Shown: one piece after another, positions 14,131-26,743 of the stretch | How positions within the stretch are numbered: the stretch's first letter is position 1 | Layout: every line of letters starts with the position of its first letter | Assembly (NCBI GenBank): GCA_002269645.1 | Contig: NIVC01003017.1 | Span: 1 to 62,707 of the forward strand | Direction: 5' to 3' | DNA: 62,707 bases | Source of the DNA: Macrostomum lignano | Lineage: Eukaryota | Position numbers and translations under genes: made by a program | Notes under the pieces: generated by a model | Told to the model about the DNA's origin: nothing | The model's database searches: none | Seen by the model: only the letters and a program-made list of their open reading frames with translations

Positions 14131-15773
14131 TGAAAAATTTTGAGAGTGAGTAAGTGACAAATTATGAGACCGAGTAACAAATTATTAGTGAGTGAGTGAA
14201 TGAAAAATGTTAAGAGAGAGTGACAAATTATGATAGCGAGTTGGTGAAAAATTATGCGAAGGAGTCATTAATCATGAGTGGGAGTGAAAAATTATGAGTG
14301 ACAAATTTCAGTGCGATAATACTTAAGAGGGTGCAAATTCAGGCTGTCAAATTGAGTGTGACGAATTATGAGTCTGATAAAATATGAGTCATAAATTATG
14401 AGAGTGCCAAATTGAGAGTGTCGCAAATTATAAGTGATAAATTTTTAACAAAAACGATTAGGTGGTGGCAAAATTGTTTCTTGACAGAGTTGCTAAATGA
14501 ATTTCATACACGGGGGGAGCTTTTAAGAATGCTCAGGCTCCTATCAATTTAGATTCAATTGCCATACTTATTTTTTCTGAATCTTTTTAATGTACAAAGT
14601 GGCCGTTCGTAATTATTTTTGTTAAGCTCTATATTTTATTACATTTGTTAGTATTTATTTATTTATTTAATATTGTCAGTTCAGTTATCCGGTTTCTTCC
14701 ACTGCTTTCCACTTTCTCTTCACCTTTACTTGCACCCCTATTATAATACAAATGCATTTGCTTATTAAAAAATATATGCCATACCGTACTCGGGGTGCGC
14801 AGGATTCTGAATACAAACAAGGCTGTCAATCATAGGCTATTAGTAACAAGCAATAAGTAATAGAAAGGCATAAAATTCACATGAATTTAAACTTAACAAG
14901 TACTTAGCCAAAGAGACTATCCCATTTATTCGATCGTTTCCTGCGTACCCCCCAATGATGTCTTTGAATTAGTTATTTATATTCAACAGCGGCGAAGGAA
15001 CTCGAGTACGAGTATTCAGCTAGCTGTGAAAGGAACGCAGCAACATCAGTACTTGAAGAAGTCAAGAAGTTATAACTCAGTGCAGCTATACAAAGTAGTT
15101 TTGGTACTTCTTCCACCATTTTCACTAAGATGTACAGTGCCTGCGTGACTGCTATAGCTGACGGGCAGCCAATCAGTTTTGCACATTTAAACTGCCTTAT
15201 AGTGCAGCGGCAGAGAATGAGTAGCCAACCAGCTGTTATAGAATGAATTCATTTAATTAATGATTTGCGCAACATCTATCACAGACTTTAGATTATCACA
15301 ACTTTAGACTGACGACGAACTCTAAGCTCTAAACAGAGAATGCCATAGCAGATCATTTTAAGCTGCAATCGCACCCTAACGCTGAATCATATTTCTTTAG
15401 TCGGCAGTGAGCACTTGAATTTAACACTATTGAGACTGCCAAACCCAGAACCGCAACCCCAGACATTGTACTCTAGACTTAAAGCTCGCTTAAAAGTTTA
15501 GCCAATCAAAAACATTTTCAGTAAGCTTACCATTAATGTGAAATCTGTAACTTTTGAGCGACCAAAATCGACTGTGTTGCGCAACATTTAAAGTCAAATT
15601 GAAAGGTTTCAGTTCAAATGAATCTAATTAAATTGTGAGACTCTCTACACCAGCTTATATACAATTTATTCACTCACCAATGCAGGTGCTAAGTCTTTTG
15701 AGAACTGGAATAAATCCATCTGGCAGACACCTCACCAAACCAAATAACACCAGTTCTCACCCCAAACCGCGCC

Positions 15774-15813
15774 TATAAATACAAGATCGCAAACTCAGCC
15801 CCAATTATCAGTT
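15774..15813 (+). promoter_or_regulatory. Possible core promoter (TATAAA plus Inr-like TCAGTT) for the 149-aa ORF
   Basis: TATAAATA at 15774, TCAGTT at 15808 and ATG at 15858. The spacing is slightly longer than canonical. Confidence 0.35.
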
Positions 15814-15857
15814 ATCAATCGACAGTCAACTGTACGAGTATTGCATATAAGTCAAAA

Positions 15858-16307
15858 ATGTCCAAGTCAACACAGTCCGACAACAACCTGGAGAAATTCG
15901 AAAGACTGCAGAAAGCCATGGAGCAGCACTTCAGTTTGTTCGTGAGAAAAACATCTGAAATGCTTCAGGAGGAGCACAAATCGGCACAACATGAAGCAAA
16001 GCTCAAGTCCTCCCTCGAAGAAGTTGTAATGGAGCAACGACAGCAGCTGGAGCACTACAAGAAGCGACTGGCAGACACCGAAGCCGAACTGGAGAGCAAG
16101 AAGAAGGAGTGCGACCGCTTGGCTGCCTTCCTGCAAGACGAGGACGCTGCTTTGCTCGCCTGCGTCGAAGACACCGCTTCGGGCCAGCCACCTGCGAAGC
16201 GACTCTGCAGTCGGGACGACGGCTCTGCTCAGCACCCGGACGGACCGGCTGTAGAGCCGCAGCCCGGAGCGGACTCGGCGAAGGCGAGCGAAACAGACAA
16301 AGTATAA
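15858..16307 (+). CDS. Helitron cargo ORF, 149 aa, predicted coiled-coil, unknown function
   Basis: Intronless ATG-to-TAA ORF with heptad-like E/K/Q/L content and GC-rich codons. It has a basic PPAKR patch and an AATAAA at ~16471. Confidence 0.55.
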   Translation: MSKSTQSDNNLEKFERLQKAMEQHFSLFVRKTSEMLQEEHKSAQHEAKLKSSLEEVVMEQRQQLEHYKKRLADTEAELESKKKECDRLAAFLQDEDAALLACVEDTASGQPPAKRLCSRDDGSAQHPDGPAVEPQPGADSAKASETDKV

Positions 16308-16508
16308 CAGACTAACTATTCTATTTACTAAATATCTGTAATTAACTTATATTTTCTGCTGGAATTCTGACTGCTTATAGATACCCATCAGCTAGAAAAA
16401 ACAAGTAATCATCTACATCTTAGACACTTAAAATTTTAAAACTTGCAAAATATAATTTAACAAATTAAAAATAAAAATGTCTTCTCTTGCAGTCGGGTAA
16501 CCAAGCAG

Positions 16509-16890
16509 TCACATTCCTTCTCCTTGCACTCCCAGTTCGTATTCGTGTTTGCCAGTAGCTTCAAGTACTTTCAGCTGCTTTCTTTGCTCTGTTACAATTT
16601 CTTTCGAGATGGACTTGATCTTTGCTTCCTGTTGTGCCCTTTTATACTCGGCAACAGTCGAAAGTTCCACAAGTACAAATCCGGTGTAGTTAGACAACTT
16701 CTCATTTAAAATGCACAGTAAAATGTGAATACAAATATCTTTGCTTGGCGGGTGGATCTTTTGACTTTTGTTGGGTATAATTGCTTCTCCTGATCATTCA
16801 GATGTTATTCTTGCGCTCAAACTGTAAGTGCCCTCTGTGGCTTTCTGCAGCTTTTCGATTTCTTCAAGTTGTTTTTGGACTGTGTTGACT
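16509..16890 (-). pseudogene. Degenerate inverted copy/copies of the 149-aa cargo ORF
   Basis: Minus-strand AEYKRAQQEAKIKSISKEIVTEQRKQL matches EEHKSAQHEAKLKSSLEEVVMEQRQQL. The reverse complement of 16800-16890 (gtcaacacagtcc...gaaaagctgcagaaagcc) matches 15865-15960. Stops and frameshifts are present. Confidence 0.7.
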
Positions 16891-17536
16891 AATAAAATAT
16901 ACTGTAAATATGTCTTTGCTTATTTTTATGCCTTTAATTGCATTGCAATATTTGCCTCGCTTATGTCCATGAAAGTGCAGTTTTTTCATGCAATTAAAAA
17001 AACATTAAGTTACTACATGTGCCAAACTTAAGCTTCAAAGCTAGGATTCTATAGGGGATGGAGTTCTAACTGAGCACAGATTGTACTCATTTTTGGGATA
17101 GGTCAAATATAAAGTTAAGGTGTTCAATTTCTAACTGCCAATGTGCATTGGAGGGTTGATTTACATTGCGTAACTTTATATTAAAGTTAAGTGAGACTGA
17201 TACTGACTGACTGAGATAACGATTGCGCCATCTATTGTTCAATTTGTTTTATCATCAGTGCCTTTCAAAAGGCAGCCATGTGTATTAACCGGGGGGGGGG
17301 GGTTGCTGAGTATCGGCGGGGAGTGTGCATTGGAGGGTTAATTTAGATTGAGTAATCATTTGTTCACATAATTGAAACTGTTGCCGACTGCCTAAGAAAT
17401 TGATTATGTCAACCGCTTCGTGAGACTTTTACTGAAACTGAGTTGGGTCATGGGATTCAGCTGATGGAGTTCAGGGATTTGAATTCCGGTGATGGGAGTT
17501 CTTCCCCTTTCTCCTCCAGCGGAGGAGTTGGCCTCG

Positions 17537-17562
17537 TATATACTAAAATTGGTCTGTCTGTG

Positions 17563-17595
<33 letters not shown>

Positions 17596-20500
17596 GTGAT
17601 CGATTAGAGAAAAAATGGCTGGACCGATTTTGTTCAAACTTGCACTGTTCGATCAGAAATTTTCCCGTGACTGTACATGCATCGCGGCTAAGAAATTGCT
17701 CGATGCTAAAGGCATTAAATATTCGAAAAACATGCTTTTTTGCAAAGGTCAAGCAAACTTTTCGACTTGAAATGCATTGTAAGAATGCTAGAGAAAAAAC
17801 TGACTGGTTGAATTCTGGTTCTGAAATAGATTGCATCATCACTGAATTGTAACTCCGACTTGAATTGAAAATGCAGTGTGGAAGCGTAGCACCAGACTTG
17901 ATTTAAATTGCGTAACCATATTGTTAACTGATACTGACTGACTGAGAAACTGATTATGTCATAACTGCTTCGTGTGATTTACTCTATGCTTGGATTTTAA
18001 ACTGTTGAATTATATATATATATAAGTGCAAAATTTGATGTTATCAAAAAGATGAGAACTAGCCTAGAGGTGAACAGACTGAACTGCTAAATGCAGCGAC
18101 GATGGTTCGAATTTTCATAGAGTATAATTTTTTTAATTAAAGCTTTTCAACGTCAGGAAAACTAAAAGACTTTTTAAAAAGAAGCGTCATGTAAAAATCA
18201 TAGTAGCGTCATGTAAAAAATCGTAGAAGCGTCATATAAAAAATTATAGAAGCGTCATATAAAAATCATAGATGCGTCATTTAAAAAATCATAGAAGCAT
18301 CATATAAAAATCATAGATGCGTCATTTAAAAAACCATAGAAGCATCATGTAAACAATCATAGAAGCGTCATTTAAAAAATCATAGAAGCATCATATAAAA
18401 ATCATAGATGCGTCATTTAAAAAATCATAGAAGCATCATGTAAACAATCATAGAAGCGTCATTTAAAAAAATCATAGAAGCGTCATATAAAAATCATAGA
18501 TGCGTCATTTAAAAAATCATGGAAGCGTCATGTAAACAATCATAGAAGCGTCATGTGAAAATCATAGAAGCGTCACGTAAAGAATCATAGAAGCGTCATG
18601 TAAACAATCATAGAAGCGTCATGTAAACAATCATAGAAGCGTCATGTAAAAAATCATAGAAGCGTCATGTAAACAATTATAGAAGCGTCATGTAAAAAAA
18701 TCATAGAAGCGTCATGTAAACAATCATAGAAGCGTCATGTAAACAATCATAGAAGCGTCATGTAAACAATCATAGAAGCGTCATGTAAAAAATCGTAGAA
18801 GCGTCATTTAAAAAATCATAGAAGCGTCATGCAAAAATCATAGATGCGTCATTTAAAAAATCATGGAAGCGTCATGTAAACAATCATAGAAGCGTCATGT
18901 AAAAAATCATAGAAGCGTCATATAAAAATCATAGATGCATCATTTAAAAAAATCATAGAAGCGTCATATAAAAAATCATAGAAGCGTCATGTAAAAATCA
19001 TAGAAGCGTCATGTAAACAACCATAGAAGCGTCATGTAAAAAATCATAGAAGAGTCATGTAAACAATCATAGAAGCGTCATGTAAGCAATCATAGAAGCG
19101 TCATGTAAACAATCATAGAAGCGTCATGTAAACAATCATAGAAGCGTCATGTAAGCAATCATAAAAGCATCATGTAAACAATCATAGAAGCGTCATGTAA
19201 ACAATCACAGAAGCGTCATGAAAAAATCATAGAAGCGTCATGTAAACAATCATAGAAGCGTCATGTAAACAATCATAGAAGCGTCATGTAAAAAAATCAT
19301 AGTAGCGTCATGTAAACAATCATAGAAGCCTCATGTAAAGAATCATAGAAGCGTCATGTAAAAAAATCATAGATGCGTCATTTAAAAAATCATAGAAGCA
19401 TCATGTAAACAATCATAGAAGCGTCATTTAAAAAAATCATAGAAGCGTCATATAAAAATCATAGATGCGTCATTTAAAAAATCATAGAAGCGTCATGTGA
19501 AAATCATAAAAGCGTCACGTAAAGAATCATAGAAGCGTCATGTAAACAATCATAGAAGCGTCATGTAAACAATCATAGAAGCGTCATGTAAACAATCATA
19601 GAAGCGTCATGTAAAAAATCATAGAAGCGTCATGTAAACAATCATATAAGCGTCATGTAAACAATCATAGAAGCGTCATTTAAAAAATCATAGAAGCGTC
19701 ATGTAAACAAACGATGCTTCTATGATTTTTCACATGACGCTTCTATGATTTTTTACATGACGCTTCTATGATTTTTACATTTATGTAATTTATGTAAAAA
19801 ATCATAGAAGCGTCATGTAAAAAATCATAGAAGCATCGTGTAAACAATCATAGAAGCGTCATGTAAAAAATCATAGAAGCGTCATGTAAAAAATCATAGA
19901 AGCGTCATCTAAAACATCATAAAAGCGTCATGTAAAAAATCGTAGAAGCGTCATTTAAAAAATCATAGAAGCGTCATATAAACAATCATAGAAGCGCCAT
20001 GTAAACAATCATAGAAGCGCCATGTAAAAATCATAGAAGCATCGTGTAAACAATCATAGAAGCGTCATGTAAAAAATCGTAAGAGCGTAATATAAAAATC
20101 ATAGAAGCGTCATTTAAAAAATCATAGAAGCGTCATGTAAACAATCATAGAAGCGTCATGTTAAAAATCATAGAAGCGTCATGTAAAAAATCATAGAAGC
20201 GTCATGTAAACAATCATAGAAGCGTCATTTTAAAAATCATAGAAGCGTCATGTTAAAAATCATATAAGCGTCATGTAAACAATCATCGAAGCGTCATCTA
20301 AAAATCATAGAAGCGTCATGTAAAAAATCATAGAATCATCATGAAAAAATCATAGAAGCGTCATTTAAAAACTAATGAAAGTGTCATTTAAAAAATTAAG
20401 AAGCATCATAGTAGAATAAAAGAAGCGTCATGTCAGACATGAAAGGTGTCATGGAAAAATTAAATGCAGCTATAATGCTGTGCTGGGGAGAAAAACTGAG

Positions 20501-21517
20501 ACGTCAAGGCTCTCAGAGAATAACTGAGATTACGGGGGGGGGGGTTTCTGAGATGTCAAAGCAAAAGTCAGAAGCTAATTCAAAGTTCATGTACTTTACT
20601 CAATTTTTTTTATTGCATTCTTTGTTGGCTCGCCACGGGAGGCGCTGATAGAAGAAGAGTCATGTAAAAAATAAAAGTAGCACTATGTATACATAAAAGA
20701 AAAGTCATGTCGAAGTTAAAAGATTCATTTGGGAATTGCTACGATGTCAAAGCTAGGTGGAAATCGTTATAGTGCTGTGATTCTTAAAGAAGGAATCACT
20801 AAAATGTCAAGGCTTAGGGGAGAAGAATTGCTGAGATTTCAAGGCTTTATGTTGGGTTAAAGTTAGGTTTAGGTCAGGTGTGGGTTGAGGGTTATATTTT
20901 ATCGAGTTTCAAGGTTAGCAGGGGATTTTTCAGATTTCAAGGTTTATGGGCGCCATCGCTGACATGTTAAGGCTTACGGGGGGAATAGCTGAGATGTCAA
21001 GGCTCACGGGGTATAAATGAGATTTCAAGGCTAAAGTCAGAAGCTACATGTAGTTTATTGAAAACTTTTTATTACATTATTTGATGCCTCCTCAGGGGAG
21101 GGATCGCTGATTAAAAAAGCGTAATGTAAAAAATAAAAGAAGCTTCATGTCGAAGTTAAGATATTCATTTGGGAATCCCTACGATGTCGAGGCTTGCAGG
21201 GAATCGCTATAATGCTGTAGTAGTGCTATAATGACTCTTAAAGAGAATTACTGAAATTTCAATGCTTTAGGGTTAGGTTAGGGTTAGGGTTAGAAGGTTG
21301 ACAGATATTTTTAGATTTCCAAGGCTTATTGGGGGCATGGCTGAGATGTCAAGGGGGGAAGTTGATATGTTAAAGCTTGTGGGGGGGGAATTACTGACAT
21401 GTCAAGGCTTACAAGGTTTGATAGGAGATTTTTTAAGATTTCAAGGATACATGTAGCTTATTAAAAAAACGTGTATTGCATTTCTTTGGCTCCCCAACGG
21501 GGGGCGTAGATTGCTAG
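17537..21517 (+). mobile_element. Further non-autonomous Helitron-like unit carrying a satellite; probable 3' end of the array
   Basis: Starts TATATACTAAAA plus (TCTG/TCTA)n immediately after the CTCG junction. Ends with a GC hairpin (GCTCCCC-AAC-GGGGGGC, ~21489-21505) and a canonical CTAG at 21514-21517, followed by T. Confidence 0.5.
18180..20430 (+). repeat. ~23-bp satellite (AATCATAGAAGCGTCATGTAAAC)n, roughly 95 copies, with a short internal inversion at 19711-19780
   Basis: Contiguous tandem units of 22-24 bp; the length varies with the A-run. Confidence 0.97.
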
Positions 21518-21869
21518 TCTTAACTAGATTCGATCTCTACTTTGCATTTTTCTTAATTATTCCTTTTTAAGCTAAGCATTGCCATTGGCCAATTCGATCA
21601 ATTCGAAGCTGGAAGCAGACAAAGCTGCATCAGCATTGCCTGGCAGCCGGCAGTCGCAACATGCAGGATCCTACAACATGTTCTAGGCGAGGAGAAGGTG
21701 AAGGGGCAGGTGAGTTTTGCCACTCTGTTAATGTAAAAAATCAATTATTTTCTTACCAATATTTGAAGTGGAAAAATTTTAAACCTTCAACTCGAAATGT
21801 GTAACTAATTCAGTTTTAATTAATACGTAATAACACCCGCCCACCCCGAGTCCGTACACCAACCCTGAC

Positions 21870-22075
21870 TCTGCACACCCCCGTCCTCGACTCTGCACAC
21901 CCCCTCCTCGACTCTGCACACCCCCTCCTCGACTCCGCACACCCCCTCCTCGACTCTGCACATCCCTTCCTCGACTCCGCACACCCCCTCCTCGACTCTG
22001 CACATCCCTTCCTCGACTCCGGACACCCCACCTCGACTCTGGACACCCCACCTCGACTTCGCACACCTCTGCACA
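21870..22075 (+). repeat. 21-bp minisatellite (CCTCGACTCTGCACACCCCCT)n, ~10 copies
   Basis: Direct tandem copies upstream of pPolB. Confidence 0.9.
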
Positions 22076-22173
22076 CCTATATCGATTGTATACATCCAAA
22101 AACACCCTCCTCGATTCTGCATACAGACATAGATTATTATGAATAGCTAATTGAGCTGGATTTATAAGCAATC

Positions 22174-25100
22174 ATGAGATTCTCAGTTTATGTTTCTCGA
22201 TTTTCACTATCTTATCTCTCGATTTTATTTTTAGGGTCTTCATGTGTTATCTCCTTGGTGAACAGTGCCCACGATGATGTACTGCAGATTCATCGCTTCA
22301 CCCCAACAGCTGACATTGATCCATTCGAGTTTCTAGACCTGGTCAAACATGCGGTTCTGCAGTATCTCGAAGTTCGTCTTGACTCCTTTGACAACTGTTC
22401 GCTAAGAGCACAAATTAAGCTAAACGTGCGCATGATTCGGGTGCAGGCAGCAGAAGCAGTCAATGTTGAAAACAAATGGATGAGTACAAATCTTTGTATG
22501 CTGGTTGATGTGCAGGAATTTGATGACTGGTGGAGGCAGCAATTTGCAGAGTTAGAGCAGAGAGTAGACGTGTACAACGCTAATGGCAGTGGATGGGCCA
22601 TTGACAAAATAAATTTCTTCGACCTTTGCTCTGCCCTCGCTGTTCGAACTCCCTACTATTCGGGGCATGCGGCTGGGTTTAGTTTGCCGACTGCGCTTTT
22701 TCAAAAGAAGGCCGTCATTTCTCCTCCTAGCAGCGGTGAAAATTGCTTTGTTTACGCGTGCCTTGCCTTTCTTCACAAAGATCACTGCCGTATTAAGAAG
22801 TCAGCTCAACGAGAATCCTCGTACACCGAATGGCTAGATGAGATTAACATTACGGGACTGAGTCTGCCGATCAATTTGTACGATCTGTCTGCTGTCGAGG
22901 AATTGAATCCAACCCTTTGCTTCACTGTTTTCACCTGGGAGAATGAAGCTGCTGAAGTCCTCCGACAGCCAAGCGCAGCTACCATGAGAGGACGAACAGT
23001 TGTCCTGCTGATGTTTCTTCCACCATCCACGAACGAGAACTCAGCTGGTGGTCATTGGTGTGCTGTCTCGAACATCAACAGATTGCTGAACAGTAAAGCC
23101 CACCTGTACCAGCGAAAGTGGTGTGAGCGATGTCTGCTGTCATTTCACACTAGCAAGGCGTTCGATGAGCACTGTGAAGATGTCTGTGAGCCTGGTGGGA
23201 TTTTTGTTCAGGAAGAACTTCCGGATGAAGATCACAATGTACTTCGGTTTACGGCGTGGGAAAAGACAATCAGCCCACCATTCATTGTGTACGCCGACTT
23301 CGAGGCATTGAATGCACCTCACACAGGGCAGCAGACTGAAGCTGGTTCGAGCACTGTAAAGCTGACAGAGCATGTTGCCGTTGCTGCTGGTTACTTGGTG
23401 GTGCACCGAGCAGGCCTCACAGGGTTATCACCTATAGGAGTCGACAATGATGTTAACATATTTGTGAGTGAAAATCCGAAAAAGTGTGTTTCTGACTTCT
23501 TGCAGTCCCTTGAACAGCTAGCTCGAGAGGTTTATGGCTGGAACACGGAGTTCAGTCATCAGACGGCTATTAGAACGGAGGCTGCAAAGCAACGCTTCCG
23601 CGACGCTATATCGTGTCACTATACTGCGGAAGCGGCTTTGATAGTGAAAGCGGAAAGCACTGGGATCATGATCACCTCAGTGGCGAATTCCGAGGTGCAG
23701 CCTGTGCTCAGTGCAACATGCAGGCTCGTCTAAAAAGGCGCTTTCTTCCTGTGGTTTTCCACAATCTAAAAGGCTATGACCTTCATCTCATTATGTCAAC
23801 GGCTTTGGATTTCATGGATGGATGGAGGATTTCGGTTATTCCACAGAATCCTGAGCAGTTTGTTTCAATGAAAGTTGACTTCAAAATCGATGAGTACGAG
23901 AGGGGAGGAAAGACTAAGCCATTGTTCTTATCTTTACCATTCAATTCATTGATTCTAACCAATTTCTCAACGCCAGCTTGGCTCAGCTGATCAAGAACCT
24001 GCCAGAAGAAGAGTGCACCATCACTAGCCTGCTAAAAAGTAAGTTTCCACTGTTGTCTCCAGAAGTTTTATTCAGAAAATGCACTTTTCCGTACGACTAC
24101 TTAACCAATTCAAATGTCCTTGAGGATACCGAGCTGCCAAGTAAAGAACAATTCTACAACGTTCTGACTAAAAGCCACTGCAGTGATGAGGATTACAGGC
24201 ATGCACAGAAAGCATGGCACGAATTCCAAGTTAAAACGCTGAAAGAGTACATGCTATGCTACCTTGAGCTTGACATTCGGCAGCTCGCCGATGTCTTTGA
24301 AAATAATCGCAAGCTCAGCCTTCGTGATGATGGCCTTGATCCGGTGCATTTCGTTTCAACCCCGGGATTATCTTTTGCTTCAGCACTGAAGTCTCTCAAA
24401 TCCAGAATCGAGCTGATTACGGATTCGCAAATGTATGCAACATTCGAGCGCGGTATTCGCGGTGGCATGTCATTTGTGAACATACACAGAGTGTCAGCCA
24501 ACTCTCCAGATATTAGAAAAAATTTGGAAGCAGCTGACAATCAGACTATCTGCAATGACAATGATGATGATGATGATGACTGTCACGACGAGGGCGCTGA
24601 TCAAGCTGTTCCTACCGAGCTTCTAGCAGTAGATGCTAACAACCTTTACGGTCAAGCTCTTACCATGAACTTACCTGCAAATGGATTTCGCTGGCTTTCC
24701 GAAGATGAGCTACAGCTGTGGACCGAGGATCGTATCCGAGGGCTCAAAATCTCAGATCCAATTGCTTATCTGCTCGATGTCGATCTTCTATATCCAGCAG
24801 AGATACATTCCACCACTGAAGATTTGCCTTTTGCACCAGAAAAAGAAGCACCAAAATTCAAAGAATTTCCTGCCTACATGCAACAGCTTTGGAGGCAGAT
24901 TACTAGAGACAAAGCAGCCTATCGTTCGGCAGAAAAACTTCTGCTCACCTGCCATGACAAGCAGAGTTATGTGCTTCATTCGGCCATCTTGGCATTCTAC
25001 TTGAGCCATGGAATGAAAATCAAACGAATTAATCGAATGATTGAGTACAAACAGGAGCCGATATTTGCTGACTATGTTAACATGAACAGCGTGAAAAGAG

Positions 25101-26014
25101 CTGCTGCGACAAACAGCTTCGAGAAAGACTACTACAAACTAAAAAACAATGCACTCTTCGGAAAAACAATGGAAAACGTGCGTAAGCGACGTGACATTCG
25201 GATTTGCACCAACACTGCAAAAGCAAAGGTGCTGGCTTCAAAACCATCCATTAAGAACTTTATCATAATTACCGACTCACTGAGCATAATTGAATTCCAG
25301 AAGACTAAGGTCAAGCTTGATCGTCCGATTTTTATTGGCCAGTGTGTTCTTGACTATTCGAAGCTAATCATGTACGAGTTATTCTACGACAAATTGAAGC
25401 CTTGGCTTGAGCAAGAGGGTGCCCGTGTTCGGCTCTGTGGTGGAGACACCGACTCGCTCTTTCTTTGCATTCAGAATATGGATGTGCAGTCGGAAGTTCT
25501 TCCACTGCTAAAAGCAAAGAAACTCCTTGACACTTCCAACTATTCACCTGAGCACCCGCTGTTCTCAAATGAATTGAAAGCTCGCCTCGGTTGCATCAAG
25601 GACGAAGGAGCTGGAGCTCGCTATCTCGAATGGTTGCTTTTGAGACCAAAGCTGTATTCCTTTCTCGCTAGCACTGCAGCTGCTGAAAAGAAAAAAGCCA
25701 AAGGCATTCAAGGATGTGTCGTCAAGAAGGAGATTGCGCATAGTGATTACTTGAGAGTCTTCAATGATCTGAGTAGCATGTCCGTCATCATCCACAGGAT
25801 CGCTAGCATCCAACACAGACTATTCACGCTGCAGCAGCGAAAGTGTGCCTTAAGCATTTGGGAGGACAAGCGCGCTTGGCTTGCACCGAACTACAGTCTC
25901 CCGTTTGGCCATTTTCAACTTCTTCATCCGGAGTCGTCGCAGCTGCAACAGCACGTGAATGCTACAGCCTCCCGAAAGCGGCGCCGGGAAGAAGATCACG
26001 AATTTAATAAGTGA
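22174..26014 (+). CDS. Protein-primed family B DNA polymerase (pPolB), split by two frameshifts (~23618, ~23935)
   Basis: N-terminal GSGW motif; ExoI IVYADFEAL; EndoVII-like DHDHLSGEFRGAACAQCN; FHNLKGYD; FIDSNQFLNASLAQL (restored across the shift); polymerase motifs DANNLYG, KLKNNALFGK and GDTDSL. Confidence 0.95.
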
Positions 26015-26743
26015 CTGAGTATAGCTTTTTATCACACGGCCTCTACACATTTTATTCTGAATATTTAGTCTTTGGTTTCTTCAAACATATATTCGCCTTT
26101 ATCTGTTTAAATTATATGCTGTCTCAATTTTGCTATCTCAGATAGAAGAAGTTGAAGCAATTTGCCTCCCCTGTTTCACCGTAATTTTAGTGTCTTTTTG
26201 AACTTTTTGTCTGAAGTCTTAATGCTAGCTATTAATTTATCAGTAATTTTATTTCAGTACCTTGTAACTGCACGATTTCTACTCGTAATATTAAATTGCA
26301 AAGTCAGTAAATTTAATGTATTGAAATTTTTATTGCTGAGTTTTATGTTCATTTATTACTTTTTTAACATGATGCTAAAACATTTCTTCGCATTGCTTTT
26401 GTTGAAATTTCTTGCCTATACTAGTAATTTTGCGGTCCAGTTACATGTATGAGTGTCAGTCGAGTTTGATTAATTAATTTCTTCATTCACGTGTATCAAT
26501 CTAAGCAATTTCGCTTTTGGCAGAACCTTTTTGGAATGGGTTCTATGCCCTCTTTCTGTTTTTGTGAGGGGAGAGATCTGATTACGCGTTTTAGCTCCCA
26601 TTTTTCAATTATTCTATGCTCATTTCACCTTTAATTTTTAAGTTAAAACTTATTTTTTAAAATAAAAATAAATAATTTAAAGATGCCGTTTTCCGTAATG
26701 AATTTACGCAAACATTCAAGAACAAACGGAACACACTTTTTGT

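Larger units (their letters stand above)
6745..17536 (+). mobile_element. Autonomous Helitron (~10.8 kb)
   Basis: 5' TCTTAATACTAAAAG at 6745; RepHel gene 8123-13795; 3' hairpin CTCCTCC-AGC-GGAGGAG at 17511-17527, then CTCG at 17533-17536. Subterminal sequences are shared with the non-autonomous units. Confidence 0.8.

Noticed and set aside
21779-22171. RGG-repeat protein (VQSRGGG)n on the minus strand
   Set aside because: All three minus frames are open only because of the 21-bp minisatellite, and there are no unique flanking domains.
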